Shown here: one piece after another, positions 10,024 to 20,985 of the stretch
Layout: each line of letters opens with the position of its first letter
How positions within the stretch are numbered: the stretch's first letter is position 1
DNA from: Planctomycetota bacterium
GTDB lineage: Bacteria > Planctomycetota > UBA1135
NCBI GenBank assembly: GCA_045047305.1
Contig: JASFYO010000004.1
Coordinates: 16,365 to 80,364 of the forward strand
DNA: 64,000 nucleotides
Reading direction: 5' to 3'
Translations under genes and position numbers: made by a program
The notes under the pieces: model-generated
The model's input: the letters and a program-made list of their open reading frames with translations, nothing else
What the model was told of the DNA's origin: nothing
Database searches by the model: none

Positions 10024-11244
10024 TTAAGCAGCTCCCATCTTCGCCTTCAATCCATCGTCAAGAGCGGAGAGAAACTCCTCGGTGGTGAGCCATGGCGCAT
10101 CGGGACCGACGAGTAGAGCAAGGTCTTTGGTCATCTTGCCAGCCTCAACGGTTTCGACACACACTACTTCGGTCGCAGTGGCGAAATCGGCAAGCGCCTT
10201 GTTGCTGTCTAGTTTGGCACGATGCTGCAGTCCCCGTGTCCATGCAAAGATGCTGGCAATAGGATTGGTCGACGTTTTCCCGCCCTGCTGATGCACGCGG
10301 TAATGGCGAGTCACCGTTCCATGTGCAGCTTCTGCCTCTACGGTATTTCCGTCCGGAGTCATCAATACAGAGGTCATGAGTCCGAGTGATCCAAAGCCTT
10401 GCGCGACGGTGTCGGATTGCACATCGCCGTCGTAGTTTTTACACGCCCACACGAAACCGCCATTCCATTTGAGTGCTGCTGCAACCATGTCATCGATTAA
10501 GCGATGCTCATAGCTAATGCCGGCAGCTTCGAATTGGGTTTTGAAATCAGCGTCAAACACCTCTTGGAATAAGTCTTTGAAGCGGCCATCGTAGGCTTTG
10601 AGGATGGTGTTTTTGGTCGACAAGTAAACCGGCCATTTACGTTGCAGGCCGAAGTTCAAACAAGCCTTTGCGAAACCGCGAATTGAATCGTCGAGGTTAT
10701 ACATGCCCATGGCAACTCCCGAACTTGGAAAGTCGAAGACTTCATATTCGGTCGGAGCGCCGCCATCTTCAGGCGTGAAAGTCATGGTTAACTTTCCTTT
10801 CCCTGGAACTCTAAAGTCTGTTGCGCGATATTGATCGCCAAAAGCATGACGTCCGATCACCATGGTCTGCTCCCACCCTGGCACTAAACGCGGAACGTTG
10901 GAGCAAATGATGGGTTCGCGGAAAACTGTACCGCCAAGAATGTTGCGGATGGTTCCGTTGGGCGACCGCCACATTTGCTTAAGCCCGAATTCTTCTACGC
11001 GTGCTTCATCTGGAGTGATGGTCGCACACTTAATACCTACGCCGTACTTCAGAATCGCGTGTGCCGCATCGATGGTGATTTGATCATCGGTGTCATCGCG
11101 AGACTCTATGCCCAAGTCGTAATATTTAAAATCGATATCGAGATAAGGAAGGATGAGGCGCTCCTTAATGAAAGCCCAAATAATGCGAGTCATTTCATCG
11201 CCATCGAGTTCGACAACTGGATTTTCAACGCGGATTTTTTCCAT
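10024..11244 (-). CDS. icd: NADP-dependent isocitrate dehydrogenase (homodimeric, IDH1-like subfamily)
   Basis: [53 protein letters not shown]. Confidence 0.97.
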   Translation of the reverse strand: MEKIRVENPVVELDGDEMTRIIWAFIKERLILPYLDIDFKYYDLGIESRDDTDDQITIDAAHAILKYGVGIKCATITPDEARVEEFGLKQMWRSPNGTIRNILGGTVFREPIICSNVPRLVPGWEQTMVIGRHAFGDQYRATDFRVPGKGKLTMTFTPEDGGAPTEYEVFDFPSSGVAMGMYNLDDSIRGFAKACLNFGLQRKWPVYLSTKNTILKAYDGRFKDLFQEVFDADFKTQFEAAGISYEHRLIDDMVAAALKWNGGFVWACKNYDGDVQSDTVAQGFGSLGLMTSVLMTPDGNTVEAEAAHGTVTRHYRVHQQGGKTSTNPIASIFAWTRGLQHRAKLDSNKALADFATATEVVCVETVEAGKMTKDLALLVGPDAPWLTTEEFLSALDDGLKAKMGAA

Positions 11245-11324
11245 GTTCAGTGCAGGGGCGTACGGGGAACCGGGGCGGCTCTCCGGGTCCGCAATGTAAC
11301 ATTGCTAGAAGCTCCGCTTTATGG

Positions 11325-12434
11325 CTATGCGTCCGTGATCGGCCCGGCCTGCACTACCGCCTCATATGCAACGCGCATTTGCCTTACGTACGCCAAGAAT
11401 CCAGGCAAATACTCGGGCGTCAGTGCTTGAGGTCCATCGCATAGTGCTGTGGATGGATCTGGATGGAAATCCACCAATACCATCGAAGCGCCTGCAACCA
11501 CACCCATTCCTGTCGCGTGATAGGATTCAGGCAAACCGTCAGGGGCAAAATGGAAGCGACCGACACTATGCGATGGGTCAATGCAAACGGGCATTCTGGT
11601 TTGCGATCGCACGACCGGTACATGGGCAAAGTCCACCAAGTTGCGGTGCGGGTCACCGAGGTGCGACTTCACCCCGCGCAAACAAAACACCATGTTGGGC
11701 TGCCCCTCAGTGGCTACGTACTCACACGCATTCAAACTCTCTTCCAAGGTGATTCCCATGCCGCGTTTCACCAACACAGGGAGTTTGCCCTGACGCCCGA
11801 CCTGTTTAAGTAGTTCGAAATTTTGCGTGTTGCGCGTTCCAATCTGAAGCATCACACCAGTTGCGTTCCCACTGGCCTCGAGTGCGAACAGGATTTCGTC
11901 GATATGACGAGCATCACACACTTCCATGGCTATAACTTTGATGCCGTACTTGCCTGCAAGCTCAAAAACCCAAGGCAAGCAAGCGGCACCCAACCCCTGA
12001 AAGTCATAAGGACTTGTGCGCGGTTTATATGCCCCCATACGTGTAGTGCTAAGGCCATTCTCTTGACAGAGTTTCATCATCGCCTCCACGCTTTCAAGGG
12101 TATCGACTGCGCACAAACCTGCAAAAACTAAAACTTCGCGTTCATCAAAAGAAACACCGTTATACGTAAATCCGACATCAGCTTCGCGTTGACCGTGGCG
12201 TCCGATGACGCGGTACTTGTTGGAGACACGGACTACACGTCGGACGCCGGGAAGAACTTGGAATGCTTTTTCGGGCACCTGCGAAGTGTCGCCTAAAAGA
12301 TGAACCTCTGTAGCTGCCCCAGATACACCTTGAAACTCATATTTTCGCGGGCTTACACCTTCATAGCGCGCCGCAACATCGAGCACAGTCTGGATGAAGT
12401 CGGGGGTGGCGTCGGAGCGGAGAGTGATGATCAT
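11325..12434 (-). CDS. aroF: Class I-beta DAHP synthase (divergent paralog 1) with N-terminal ACT-like domain
   Basis: AGLCAVD, GAYKPRTSPYDFQGLG, QIGTRNTQNF, KRG, DPSH, CDGPQAL. Confidence 0.8.
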   Translation of the reverse strand: MIITLRSDATPDFIQTVLDVAARYEGVSPRKYEFQGVSGAATEVHLLGDTSQVPEKAFQVLPGVRRVVRVSNKYRVIGRHGQREADVGFTYNGVSFDEREVLVFAGLCAVDTLESVEAMMKLCQENGLSTTRMGAYKPRTSPYDFQGLGAACLPWVFELAGKYGIKVIAMEVCDARHIDEILFALEASGNATGVMLQIGTRNTQNFELLKQVGRQGKLPVLVKRGMGITLEESLNACEYVATEGQPNMVFCLRGVKSHLGDPHRNLVDFAHVPVVRSQTRMPVCIDPSHSVGRFHFAPDGLPESYHATGMGVVAGASMVLVDFHPDPSTALCDGPQALTPEYLPGFLAYVRQMRVAYEAVVQAGPITDA

Positions 12435-13534
12435 GGGGTGTCGCCTAAATGGTCTGACTGATGACGTCGTGAAAAATTCATGATGGACTGGAAGACACCT
12501 TCCACAGCATCGGGGTCGAGGCCGTAACTTGCCGCAGTTTCACGACGTCGGATGATGAGTTCCGCTTCTCGTTTAGGGTCGCGTACACCTTTCCCAACTT
12601 CGGCTTTCGCACGTGCGGCACGCATGGAGAGTTCCGCACGACGAGCAAGGAGTTGCAGGAGCTCGGAATCGATTTCGTCGATGAGTTCGCGTGCCAAGTC
12701 CAGTTGTGGAGGGGTGGGTTCCGCAACGGCGATATGCAGGTCTTCATAACGCGCCGAAGTCCCGCCATCGCCATCCGTGCTGTCGCCCTCTCCCGCAGCT
12801 AGCGGAATCCGTAGGGCCTCATCGGTGGACAGCAGCGAGGCCAATAATTTCGCGCGCATGTCTCCTGCATAAGGATTCTCCCGATGCAAGGTTGCGAACA
12901 ACTGCCCAGCATCTGCCTGCACCGAATCCAGAGTCCGACGAATTGCGCGCACCGATGGTGGTGCGTACTGGGAATCCAACAGCAAATCGGCATCGATAAA
13001 CCCTTTGGCAACAAAAAATGCCAGGGCGTGAGTTGCCGCCATTTCACGATCATGGCTTTCCGGATCTAAACAACTAACTTCAAACGACAAATGCTTGAGA
13101 AAGCCTTCGATTTCCTTCACCGCATCCGGGTGCTGCAAATTAGGGCAAATCACCACCTGCAATGGACGCTCGCCGCGGGCCAAGCTCATGGGACCGAAAA
13201 GAGGGTGCGTCGCCACCCATGGAATCTCGGTGCCGAGGATTTCCTGGAGCGATGCTGCCGGACCACTCTTGACCGAACCAACATCCATCACAATTTGCCC
13301 ACAATGGAATTTCGGTTTCAACTTTTGCAGAGTCGGGCGAATCTGGTGCACCGGCATGGCCAGCACCACCAAATCGCACGGCGCAATGGCTTCCTCCGCC
13401 GTGTCGGCGCGGATTCCTGCAGGAACCTCGGCCGTAGGATCATAAGCCACCACCGAGCAGCCCTTCTCCAACAGGCGCTCAGCCAAGGCGCGGCCAAAGC
13501 GCCCATAACCGAGAATGGCAACGGTGGTTATCAT
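12431..13534 (-). CDS. tyrA: Prephenate dehydrogenase with C-terminal AroQ chorismate mutase domain
   Basis: GYGRFG Rossmann motif, DVGSVK, HPLFGP, HDREMA; C-terminal RELIDEIDSELLQLLARR..K...VRDPKRE. Start moved to ATG 13534 (MITTVAILG) because the track start overlaps the divergent gene. Confidence 0.85.
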   Translation of the reverse strand: MITTVAILGYGRFGRALAERLLEKGCSVVAYDPTAEVPAGIRADTAEEAIAPCDLVVLAMPVHQIRPTLQKLKPKFHCGQIVMDVGSVKSGPAASLQEILGTEIPWVATHPLFGPMSLARGERPLQVVICPNLQHPDAVKEIEGFLKHLSFEVSCLDPESHDREMAATHALAFFVAKGFIDADLLLDSQYAPPSVRAIRRTLDSVQADAGQLFATLHRENPYAGDMRAKLLASLLSTDEALRIPLAAGEGDSTDGDGGTSARYEDLHIAVAEPTPPQLDLARELIDEIDSELLQLLARRAELSMRAARAKAEVGKGVRDPKREAELIIRRRETAASYGLDPDAVEGVFQSIMNFSRRHQSDHLGDTP

Positions 13535-13571
13535 GCTTCTTTCCATCGGCCTATCCGCCGCATGTTGAACC

Positions 13572-14450
13572 ATGATTCAGTACCAAGGTCAGGTTTTCCG
13601 CCCACCATCTGAGGGCAACAGTCTCATTCTCCAAGCCACGCTCGGATGTAGCTGGAACAAGTGCACGTTTTGCGCGATGTACCGCGATAAGAAGTTTCGC
13701 GTTCGTAAACTTGAGGAGCTTTACAAGGAGATAGACTGGTACTCGGAGCAATTCAGCCCTCCCAGCAAGGTTTTCCTCGCTGATGGCGACGCCCTGATGG
13801 CAAAGGCAAGTTTTCTGGCTGAGCTCCTGGACTACCTCCATGACACCTGGCCAGAAATCAAGCGGGTGAGTTGTTATGCCTCGCCGCAGGCTCTTTCGGT
13901 GCGGACGGTGGAGGAGATGCGAATTTTGAAGGAGAAGGGGCTAACCCAGTATTACCTCGGAGTGGAATCGGGTAATGACCACTGCTTGGAGGCGATGGAC
14001 AAGGGGGTCGATAGCGCCGAGATGATCCGTGTGGCTAAACGCGCCAATGAAGCCGGGGTTCGCCTAAGCGTTATGATTTTGCTCGGCATGGGTGGCTTTG
14101 CGCTGAGCCGAGAGCACGCGGTCGATTCGGCAAGGGTCATCAATGCCATTCAGCCACGGTTTGTCAGCACCTTGGTGGCCACTCCGGTCGAAGGTACTCC
14201 CCTGTGGGATTCCGACCAGCGCGGGGAATTCGATCATCTTGACCCGATTGCCCTGGCTGCGGAATTACGCGAATTCTTGGTGCATTTAGATTTAAAGGCC
14301 TCCATTTTCCGCTCCAACCATGCGAGTAATTATCTCGCTTTGGCCGGAACCTTGCCCAAGGATCAAGAGGCTTTGATTGCAACTCTCGATCGGGTACTGG
14401 CAGACCCAGAAAACGCACGCTTTCGCCCGGATTGGCTACGAGCTTTGTAA
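13572..14450 (+). CDS. Radical SAM protein, function unknown
   Basis: CSWNKCTFC (CxxxCxxC), FLADGDAL, YLGVESG, FRSNHASNY. Confidence 0.85.
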   Translation: MIQYQGQVFRPPSEGNSLILQATLGCSWNKCTFCAMYRDKKFRVRKLEELYKEIDWYSEQFSPPSKVFLADGDALMAKASFLAELLDYLHDTWPEIKRVSCYASPQALSVRTVEEMRILKEKGLTQYYLGVESGNDHCLEAMDKGVDSAEMIRVAKRANEAGVRLSVMILLGMGGFALSREHAVDSARVINAIQPRFVSTLVATPVEGTPLWDSDQRGEFDHLDPIALAAELREFLVHLDLKASIFRSNHASNYLALAGTLPKDQEALIATLDRVLADPENARFRPDWLRAL

Positions 14451-14452
14451 GA

Positions 14453-15067
14453 CTAGGCTTGCGCCAATTCTCCGACCAACCAAGTCATCCATTTGCCGCG
14501 GCCTTTGGTAGCAACGATGCGGAATCCTTGGTGCTCTAATTCTTCAAGCAATTGACGCTGGGTAAATCGGTCTACCGTTGGATGATCCATCCAACGACCA
14601 AGGATTGGATGCTGCAAAAATCCAACTAAACTGTCGGACAATAACAAGCGTCCACCAGGTCGAAGAACTCGCGCGATTTCAGTCACAGCTACGCGCCAAT
14701 CCTGCACATGGTGTAATACTTGTAATCCAAGCACAACATCATATTCAGCATCTGGAGCTGGGATCTCAGTGGCACTTCCCTGCCAAATACGAGCAGGTGG
14801 CTTTTGATGAAAATAACCAGCCCGTGTCATCAATTGACGTGTAAGCGCAACCATTTTTTCATCGGGATCGAAAGCGTGAACCGTTTTGGCTTGGAATAAA
14901 TCATAGGCTGCTTCCATGCCAAATCCCCGCCCGCAGCCAATCTCAAGCAAGCGTTGACCAACACAGGAATCGGTCATTTTAAGCAGCCTCGGAATGTCCC
15001 AACGTCGAATAACTTGACGTCTTAGGCTGCCTGAGACTAAGCGTCGCTCGAATGAATTGAGCAGCAT
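14453..15067 (-). CDS. Class I SAM-dependent methyltransferase
   Basis: LLEIGCGRG motif I, VLHHV, RVLRPGG; last gene of the ACIII-oxidase run. Confidence 0.8.
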   Translation of the reverse strand: MLLNSFERRLVSGSLRRQVIRRWDIPRLLKMTDSCVGQRLLEIGCGRGFGMEAAYDLFQAKTVHAFDPDEKMVALTRQLMTRAGYFHQKPPARIWQGSATEIPAPDAEYDVVLGLQVLHHVQDWRVAVTEIARVLRPGGRLLLSDSLVGFLQHPILGRWMDHPTVDRFTQRQLLEELEHQGFRIVATKGRGKWMTWLVGELAQA

Positions 15068-15076
15068 CAGCCCGGC

Positions 15077-15964
15077 TTAGTAGATGATCTCTTCGTAATT
15101 CCCGGCAAACTGTCCGAGATACATGGTGCCGCAAAACATCATCGCGATAAGAAGCAGCGCCTGAAGGACTCCCCAGCGTAGCGCCATTTTTTGCGTGCCA
15201 AGCTCTTCACCACGAGCCCAAATATGAAGAAATGCCACCGGCAACAGCAAGGCAAAGAATGCGAATGCGCGCTCTCCACGACGATAGAGAATTATCACGG
15301 CCTTTACTTGGTAAAGCAGAACGCCAAGTAGAAGCAGCCCCATCACTGCCAAAGAAAGCGGTCCGAGGAAGGAGTCCTCTGGGTTTTCGATGCGTGTGGC
15401 ATATAAGTTCAAAAGGATGGCGATCCAGGTTGCAGCGAGGAAATGCCAATAGTGGGCCAAGTTCTGAATCTTTTGAATCGAATCCCTTGCCCCTTTGCTT
15501 ACGGAAGACCAAACCAGCACGCCATAGACCAGACCGCCAATGATGTGAATCGCATGCAAGGCCGTCATCAAATAGAAGTTGAATACATAGAGCGGATGGA
15601 CTCCTTCACCAGTTTCCTGCCGCAGCAATTCAATCCAGTTCCACGACTGAGCAAGTAAAAAGGCAACTCCAAATGCCAGGCTTAATTTAACACCAGAAAG
15701 AGCGAGTTGAGCATCGGCCTTGGAACGAGCAGAACGGAGACCTTTCTCAATGCTTCCACTCACCCCACCCAATAACAAGGTGGTTAGCCAAATAGATAGA
15801 GGAAGCGCAGGCAGCGCTTCCCCTGTGGCTCCGGTGTCCCGAAAATACCACCCACAAAAAAGGGTGGCGATGAATAAAGCGGCGGTGGATGCGAGCAAAA
15901 CCCGCAGGCCCAGACTACTGGCGCCTGCAGCCAGAGGCTCGGAGCTCCCGCCTGCGTTCGTCAT
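15077..15964 (-). CDS. Second cytochrome c oxidase subunit III-family protein with C-terminal membrane extension
   Basis: FYLMTALHAIHIIGG and YWHFL motifs of COX3, followed by about three extra hydrophobic segments. Confidence 0.75.
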   Translation of the reverse strand: MTNAGGSSEPLAAGASSLGLRVLLASTAALFIATLFCGWYFRDTGATGEALPALPLSIWLTTLLLGGVSGSIEKGLRSARSKADAQLALSGVKLSLAFGVAFLLAQSWNWIELLRQETGEGVHPLYVFNFYLMTALHAIHIIGGLVYGVLVWSSVSKGARDSIQKIQNLAHYWHFLAATWIAILLNLYATRIENPEDSFLGPLSLAVMGLLLLGVLLYQVKAVIILYRRGERAFAFFALLLPVAFLHIWARGEELGTQKMALRWGVLQALLLIAMMFCGTMYLGQFAGNYEEIIY

Positions 15965-15967
15965 GAT

Positions 15968-16384
15968 TTAGTGGTTAGATGCCTCAGGCACATGGCTCTC
16001 TTTGATTGCATGCAATTCTTGAGGCTGAGCTTTATCCAAACCAAGGGCATGAATATCGCTTGCCGACTTCGCGCGGATGTCATCTTGGTATTGCTCGGTA
16101 TCCAAAGTTAGAAATGCCAGGAACAGACCTACCAACAAAACAGAGAACAAGAAAATCATGCCGTGGAATGGCCTGTCCCACTTCAAGTGCATGAAAATGA
16201 GGCAGACCAAGCTTGCCTTCACCGTAGCAATGATCAGGGCGACGGACAGGTCCATGCCATAAAGATCAAGCTTTCCAGTGAAAACCGTAAGGGCTGTCAA
16301 GCCAACCAGGGCAAAGAATACTTTGACCAGTAAGCTCAAAGGCAACACATGGCCGAGGTGCGTATCGGAGTTTTGATCGGACAT
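15968..16384 (-). CDS. ctaF: Cytochrome c oxidase subunit IV (caa3-type)
   Basis: IATVKASLVCLIFMHLKW motif; three TM segments; operon position. Confidence 0.82.
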   Translation of the reverse strand: MSDQNSDTHLGHVLPLSLLVKVFFALVGLTALTVFTGKLDLYGMDLSVALIIATVKASLVCLIFMHLKWDRPFHGMIFLFSVLLVGLFLAFLTLDTEQYQDDIRAKSASDIHALGLDKAQPQELHAIKESHVPEASNH

Positions 16385-16386
16385 GA

Positions 16387-17172
16387 TCAGTTAATGAGGT
16401 AAAGAAGTGGGAAGAGGAAAATCCAGATGAGGTCAACCAAGTGCCAATACAATGCGCCGAAATCTATCGCATTGAAATTGGTGGGGCCAAACTCTCCTTT
16501 CATGGTCCTAATTAACAGCCATATCATCAGGATCATACCGATTAACACATGGATTCCGTGTAAACCAGTAAGGCAAAAATACACACCAAAAAAGATGCCA
16601 AGTTTCCGACGAAACTCTGGATCAAGATCCCTTACCGCAACAGTGAACTCACCATTACGGTTGTCCCATGCAGCAGAATGATGCTTCATTTCCGCTGGAA
16701 CATCGTTCGGGTCTAAACGGAAGATGGTGTTGGCATTCCCCGACCACACGGTTCCTTCATGGAACTTGTGCTCATACTCCATTTTCTTAATCGTCATAAA
16801 CCCTCCTGCGCAAAGCAGGGTGATGACCAAATTCATCTTGAGCAGCCCGAGTTGCCCGAGCATGGCGTTACGCACCCCCCAAGCAATGGTGAAGGAGCTC
16901 AACAGAAGCACGATCGTATTGAGCGCGCCCATATTGGTATTAAGAAACTGGGAAGCGTACTGGAAAACCTCTGGGTAGCTCGATCGGTAAATCGCATACG
17001 CCACGAACAAAGCACTGAAAAACATAACCTCGGTTAAAAGGAATGTCCATATGCCAAGTTTGCCGGCGTCGAACTGTTGTTCGAGGCTTTCGAAGTGGTG
17101 CGCAAGATGCTTTGGATGATCGTGGCCGTGGCCGTGATCATCGCCGTGCGCTGCAGTAGTGGTAGTACTCAT
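16387..17172 (-). CDS. ctaE: Cytochrome c oxidase subunit III
   Basis: WTFLLTEVMFF, NTIVLLLSS, TGLHGIHV, YWHLVDLIWIFLFPLLY. Confidence 0.92.
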   Translation of the reverse strand: MSTTTTAAHGDDHGHGHDHPKHLAHHFESLEQQFDAGKLGIWTFLLTEVMFFSALFVAYAIYRSSYPEVFQYASQFLNTNMGALNTIVLLLSSFTIAWGVRNAMLGQLGLLKMNLVITLLCAGGFMTIKKMEYEHKFHEGTVWSGNANTIFRLDPNDVPAEMKHHSAAWDNRNGEFTVAVRDLDPEFRRKLGIFFGVYFCLTGLHGIHVLIGMILMIWLLIRTMKGEFGPTNFNAIDFGALYWHLVDLIWIFLFPLLYLIN

Positions 17173-17179
17173 GGATTCA

Positions 17180-18886
17180 CTATGCGGTTGGCTTCACGTC
17201 TGCGACGCAAGGGGCATCGGCGCGAGGATTGACTGGCAGGAATCCTTCTTCCTCACCTTTCCACTCCACCAATTTCATGTCGTATGGATCCCCCACAACA
17301 GGTGGATCGATTTCAAAGTTGTGCTCCGGAGGAGGTGACGGTGTTTGCCACTCGAGAGTGACACCACCCCAAGGATTCGCTGGTGACTTTTTACCCTTCT
17401 TCAATGACCACAGCAAAGTGCCGAGAGCAATGAACAAGCCTGTCATCAAGACCATGGCTCCGAGAGTCGAAGCTTCGTTGTATCCATCGAAGCCTGCACT
17501 TTCACCATAGCCAGCGTAGCGACGGGGCATTCCTTTGGCGCCGCCAATGAACTGTGGCATGAAGGTCATATTGAAGCCTACGAAGGTCAACAAACATCCA
17601 ATCTTCGACATCATGTTGTCGACCACCACACCATACATTTTTGGCCACCAGTAGAAGATTCCACCGAGGAAACCAAACAAAGCGGAACCCACCATCACGT
17701 AGTGAAAGTGCGCAACTACAAAGTAAGTGTCATGGAAGTAAACATCGGTGCCAAGAGTGGCGAGAAACAGGCCGGTAAGGCCACCGATTCCAAACAGCCA
17801 AATGATCGACATGCCGTAAAGCATTGGCGTCGAAAACGCAACCGACCCCTTGTACATCGTGGCAATCCAGTTAAACACCTTAATCGCAGACGGAATGGCC
17901 ACCGAAAAGGTGAGTGCTGAGAAGATAACCGCCATCAACTCCGATTGACCGGAAACGAACATGTGGTGACCCCAAACGATAAAGGAGAAGATTGCAATCG
18001 CGATAGATGAAAGTGCAATCGACCTGTATCCGAAAATTGGCTTACGGCTGAAGGTTGCGAACAGCTCAGACATCACACCCATGCCAGGGAGAATCATGAT
18101 GTACACGGCCGGATGGCTATAGAACCAGAACAAGTGCTGGAAGAATACTGGGTCGCCACCGAGCTCCGGGGTGAAGATTCCAATATGCATGGTCTTCTCA
18201 ACCAAAATCAGCAACAGAGAGATACCAATCACTGGAGTAGCCAGAATCTGAATCAATGCGGTTGCGTAAATCGCCCACAAGAACAGAGGCATCTTGAACC
18301 AGGTCATCTCCGGCGGACGCATCTTGTGAATGGTCACGATGAAGTTGAGGCCAGTAAAGATGGAGCTAAATCCCAGAATGAAAGCTCCAAGCACTGCGGT
18401 GATGACCGAGTTGTCCGTATGACCAGTGGAATATGGCGGGTAAAAGGTCCAGCCAGTATCTAAGTTGCCGATGAACAAAGTCGTGACAAACAAGATCGCA
18501 CCGATAATCCACAAGTGGTAACTAAATCGGTTTAGCTTAGGGAAGGCCACATCTTTTGTGCCGAGCATCATGGGAACCACAAAGTTTCCAAGTGCCGCGG
18601 GGATCGATGGAATGATGACGAGGAAGATCATCACCGCCCCGTGAACTGTAAATGCGTTGTTGTACGCATTCATTTGTTCCGCGGTTTGCGAAGCGAAATC
18701 GATGTCACCACTGAGCGTGAGGCGAATCTTCATGGCGAAGAATCCCCCAAGCATGAAGCAACCGATTACGGACCATAGGTACATTAGCCCTAGGCGCTTG
18801 TGGTCGATGGTCCAAAACCACGACATGAACCCTTTGGTGGCGTTCAGGTAGTTCGTACGATCCAGTGTATTGGTAGAAGGCGTCAT
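17180..18886 (-). CDS. ctaD: Heme-copper oxygen reductase subunit I, type A2
   Basis: All six His ligands present: [14 protein letters not shown] (YS motif = A2), WGHHMF, VAHFHYV. Confidence 0.96.
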   Translation of the reverse strand: MTPSTNTLDRTNYLNATKGFMSWFWTIDHKRLGLMYLWSVIGCFMLGGFFAMKIRLTLSGDIDFASQTAEQMNAYNNAFTVHGAVMIFLVIIPSIPAALGNFVVPMMLGTKDVAFPKLNRFSYHLWIIGAILFVTTLFIGNLDTGWTFYPPYSTGHTDNSVITAVLGAFILGFSSIFTGLNFIVTIHKMRPPEMTWFKMPLFLWAIYATALIQILATPVIGISLLLILVEKTMHIGIFTPELGGDPVFFQHLFWFYSHPAVYIMILPGMGVMSELFATFSRKPIFGYRSIALSSIAIAIFSFIVWGHHMFVSGQSELMAVIFSALTFSVAIPSAIKVFNWIATMYKGSVAFSTPMLYGMSIIWLFGIGGLTGLFLATLGTDVYFHDTYFVVAHFHYVMVGSALFGFLGGIFYWWPKMYGVVVDNMMSKIGCLLTFVGFNMTFMPQFIGGAKGMPRRYAGYGESAGFDGYNEASTLGAMVLMTGLFIALGTLLWSLKKGKKSPANPWGGVTLEWQTPSPPPEHNFEIDPPVVGDPYDMKLVEWKGEEEGFLPVNPRADAPCVADVKPTA

Positions 18887-18894
18887 GGGTTTGC

Positions 18895-19905
18895 CTAGTT
18901 CTTCAGCGACTTGATGTAAGCGATGAGGAAACTTATCTCATCGTCGGTGAGTTGTCCTGCGAAGGAGTTCATACTCACACCTTCAAATCCAGAAACAATT
19001 TTGGCGTTGGGGTCCAGTAAGGATTCCCGAATGTAGTTGTCATCGACAGTGACAGAAGTGCCATCCGCCAAGGATTCCACCGTTCCGTACTTGCCATTCA
19101 ATGCTGGTCCAACCTTGGCACTTCCATTTGTGGTGTGACATGCTTGACAGTTACGGTCAAACAGAATCTTTCCTGCTTCGCTTGGGGGCAATGTTGCCAG
19201 GTCTACTTTTTGACTCTCCAACCAAGCTGCGAAATCCTCTTCGGTCTTCACTACAACTTTGGCAAGCATGCGGGAGTGACGAGTGCCGCAATACTCTGCG
19301 CAATAGATTGGGAACTCGCCGAGTTCAGTAGCCTCAAACCAAAGGTAGGTATAGCGACCAGGGACGACATCCATCTTCACGCGGAAGTTTGGAATGAACA
19401 AGGAGTGAAGTACGTCGGCTGACTCCAAGCGCATACTGACCGTACGGCCGAGCGGAACGACTAAACCTTCTCCGCCATCATGCATGTCAATGTTGCCACC
19501 GAAAGACTCCACGCGTTCCGGATAAACGAACTTCCAATCCCACTTCTTGGCCTTTGCCTGAATTTCGTAAGCATTGGCAGGAACCCGACGCACCTGTACA
19601 TAATCCTGGAATCCGTACCAAAACATGGCGACCATGAAAAGGGATGGAATCACAGACCACACAATCTCGATGCTAGTCGAGTGATGCGGGGAATCCTCGG
19701 GGTTCAACCCCACCTTTCCACGACGGTATTTCACTGCAAAGATTACCGTTGCTAAAACAATGGCAATAAACGCAAACAGCGAAACGTAGAAGATGAAGTA
19801 GTAAAGTTCATCCACCATGCTTGCGCCGCGCGCAGCTTGGGAGGGGAACCAGAAATCCTCTTGCGTATGCTGAAGGAGTGTAGGAAGTAAGGCAACGGGA
19901 ATCAT
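18895..19905 (-). CDS. ctaC: Cytochrome c oxidase subunit II with fused cytochrome c (caa3)
   Basis: DVLHS and CuA motif [13 protein letters not shown]-terminal CQACH heme motif. Confidence 0.94.
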   Translation of the reverse strand: MIPVALLPTLLQHTQEDFWFPSQAARGASMVDELYYFIFYVSLFAFIAIVLATVIFAVKYRRGKVGLNPEDSPHHSTSIEIVWSVIPSLFMVAMFWYGFQDYVQVRRVPANAYEIQAKAKKWDWKFVYPERVESFGGNIDMHDGGEGLVVPLGRTVSMRLESADVLHSLFIPNFRVKMDVVPGRYTYLWFEATELGEFPIYCAEYCGTRHSRMLAKVVVKTEEDFAAWLESQKVDLATLPPSEAGKILFDRNCQACHTTNGSAKVGPALNGKYGTVESLADGTSVTVDDNYIRESLLDPNAKIVSGFEGVSMNSFAGQLTDDEISFLIAYIKSLKN

Positions 19906-20735
19906 GCCGCTGTGTTCTTTCGGACTTTGCGTTCGAGCAAGATGAGTTTGCCAACGAACGCGAAAAGGATCACGGCGACCAAAGTCATCACGATCTTAGT
20001 TATCTTCCATGCGTCTCCCACGAAAGTGCCAGATGCTGCGTCGTATAGAAAACAACGCAAAATCAGAGCATCAACGGTCGAAACGTATTTGGAGGAAGCA
20101 GTTTCTGCAAGCGAAAGTCGCAGAGTCGAAGGCAAGTATTCAATACCATAAAGGTACCGAGCGACCTTGCCTTGCGGGTCGAGGAGAGTAAGTACAGCAG
20201 TATGCGCGTACTGACCTTTATCCTCGAAGGAGTTGTAATGAAAGCCGATGATGTCGGCGAGCCGGCGGATATCTTCGTTCTTGCCACGGAGGAAGGACCA
20301 GCCTTCTTCCACTTGAGGACGATCGTATCCAGACAATGTTTTACTGCGGAAGCCTGCGGCTAAGTCATCGGACTCGGTTGGGTCCAAACTAACCGTAATT
20401 ACACGGAACTGCTCGCCTACCGACCATTGGTCCATCTGGTTCAGAGTGTTCACAAAGCCGCTCAACTGCAAACCGCAAAGTTGCGGACAATTGGCATAGT
20501 TCATGGTAAGCACAGTTGGGCGCTCGCCATCAAACAAATCGCCAAGGCGAACCGTTTCGCCCTTAGAGTTGCGGAACTCCATGTCCAGCGGCACTTGCGC
20601 ACCAAGCTGTTCCTCGACTCCCACACCTTCCATATCCTTGCTTTGCCTATCGGCAACTTGCGCGGACAACGGTGCCCCTATTCCTAACGCCAAAGCGACA
20701 AGAATACCGAGGGCCGGGTAACGGGAGGTTTTCAT
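19902..20735 (-). CDS. SCO-family copper chaperone
   Basis: CPQLC (CxxxC) plus conserved His (YAHT); signal peptide and C-terminal TM. Confidence 0.88.
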   Translation of the reverse strand: MKTSRYPALGILVALALGIGAPLSAQVADRQSKDMEGVGVEEQLGAQVPLDMEFRNSKGETVRLGDLFDGERPTVLTMNYANCPQLCGLQLSGFVNTLNQMDQWSVGEQFRVITVSLDPTESDDLAAGFRSKTLSGYDRPQVEEGWSFLRGKNEDIRRLADIIGFHYNSFEDKGQYAHTAVLTLLDPQGKVARYLYGIEYLPSTLRLSLAETASSKYVSTVDALILRCFLYDAASGTFVGDAWKITKIVMTLVAVILFAFVGKLILLERKVRKNTAA

Positions 20736-20742
20736 TTAAAGG

Positions 20743-20985
20743 CTAGCGCGCGTAACGCTTCAGGATGGTTGCGCGTGCCGTTTCAGTGTCCGCAACTTCC
20801 TCTGCCGAAGCTGCGTCAGCCTGTTCCACAACCGTGGCAGCCAGCTTGCGTTCAGAAACAAGTTCCGTATTGTGAAAGAAATCTAGGCCGGTGACGGCGT
20901 AAGAGATTGCGATGGTGAGAATGGTTCCAATCAGTCCAATCCGGACCAAGTGGCCTACGTCGATGTCGTCGTGCTGGGTAGCCAT
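20743..20985 (-). CDS. Small single-TM protein, possible ActG-like accessory subunit
   Basis: 80 aa, one TM helix, start overlaps the actF stop; position matches small ACIII subunits. Confidence 0.45.
   Translation of the reverse strand: MATQHDDIDVGHLVRIGLIGTILTIAISYAVTGLDFFHNTELVSERKLAATVVEQADAASAEEVADTETARATILKRYAR

Noticed and set aside
10024..11244. Eukaryote-like IDH as a sign of horizontal transfer
   Set aside because: This IDH subfamily is widespread in bacteria.
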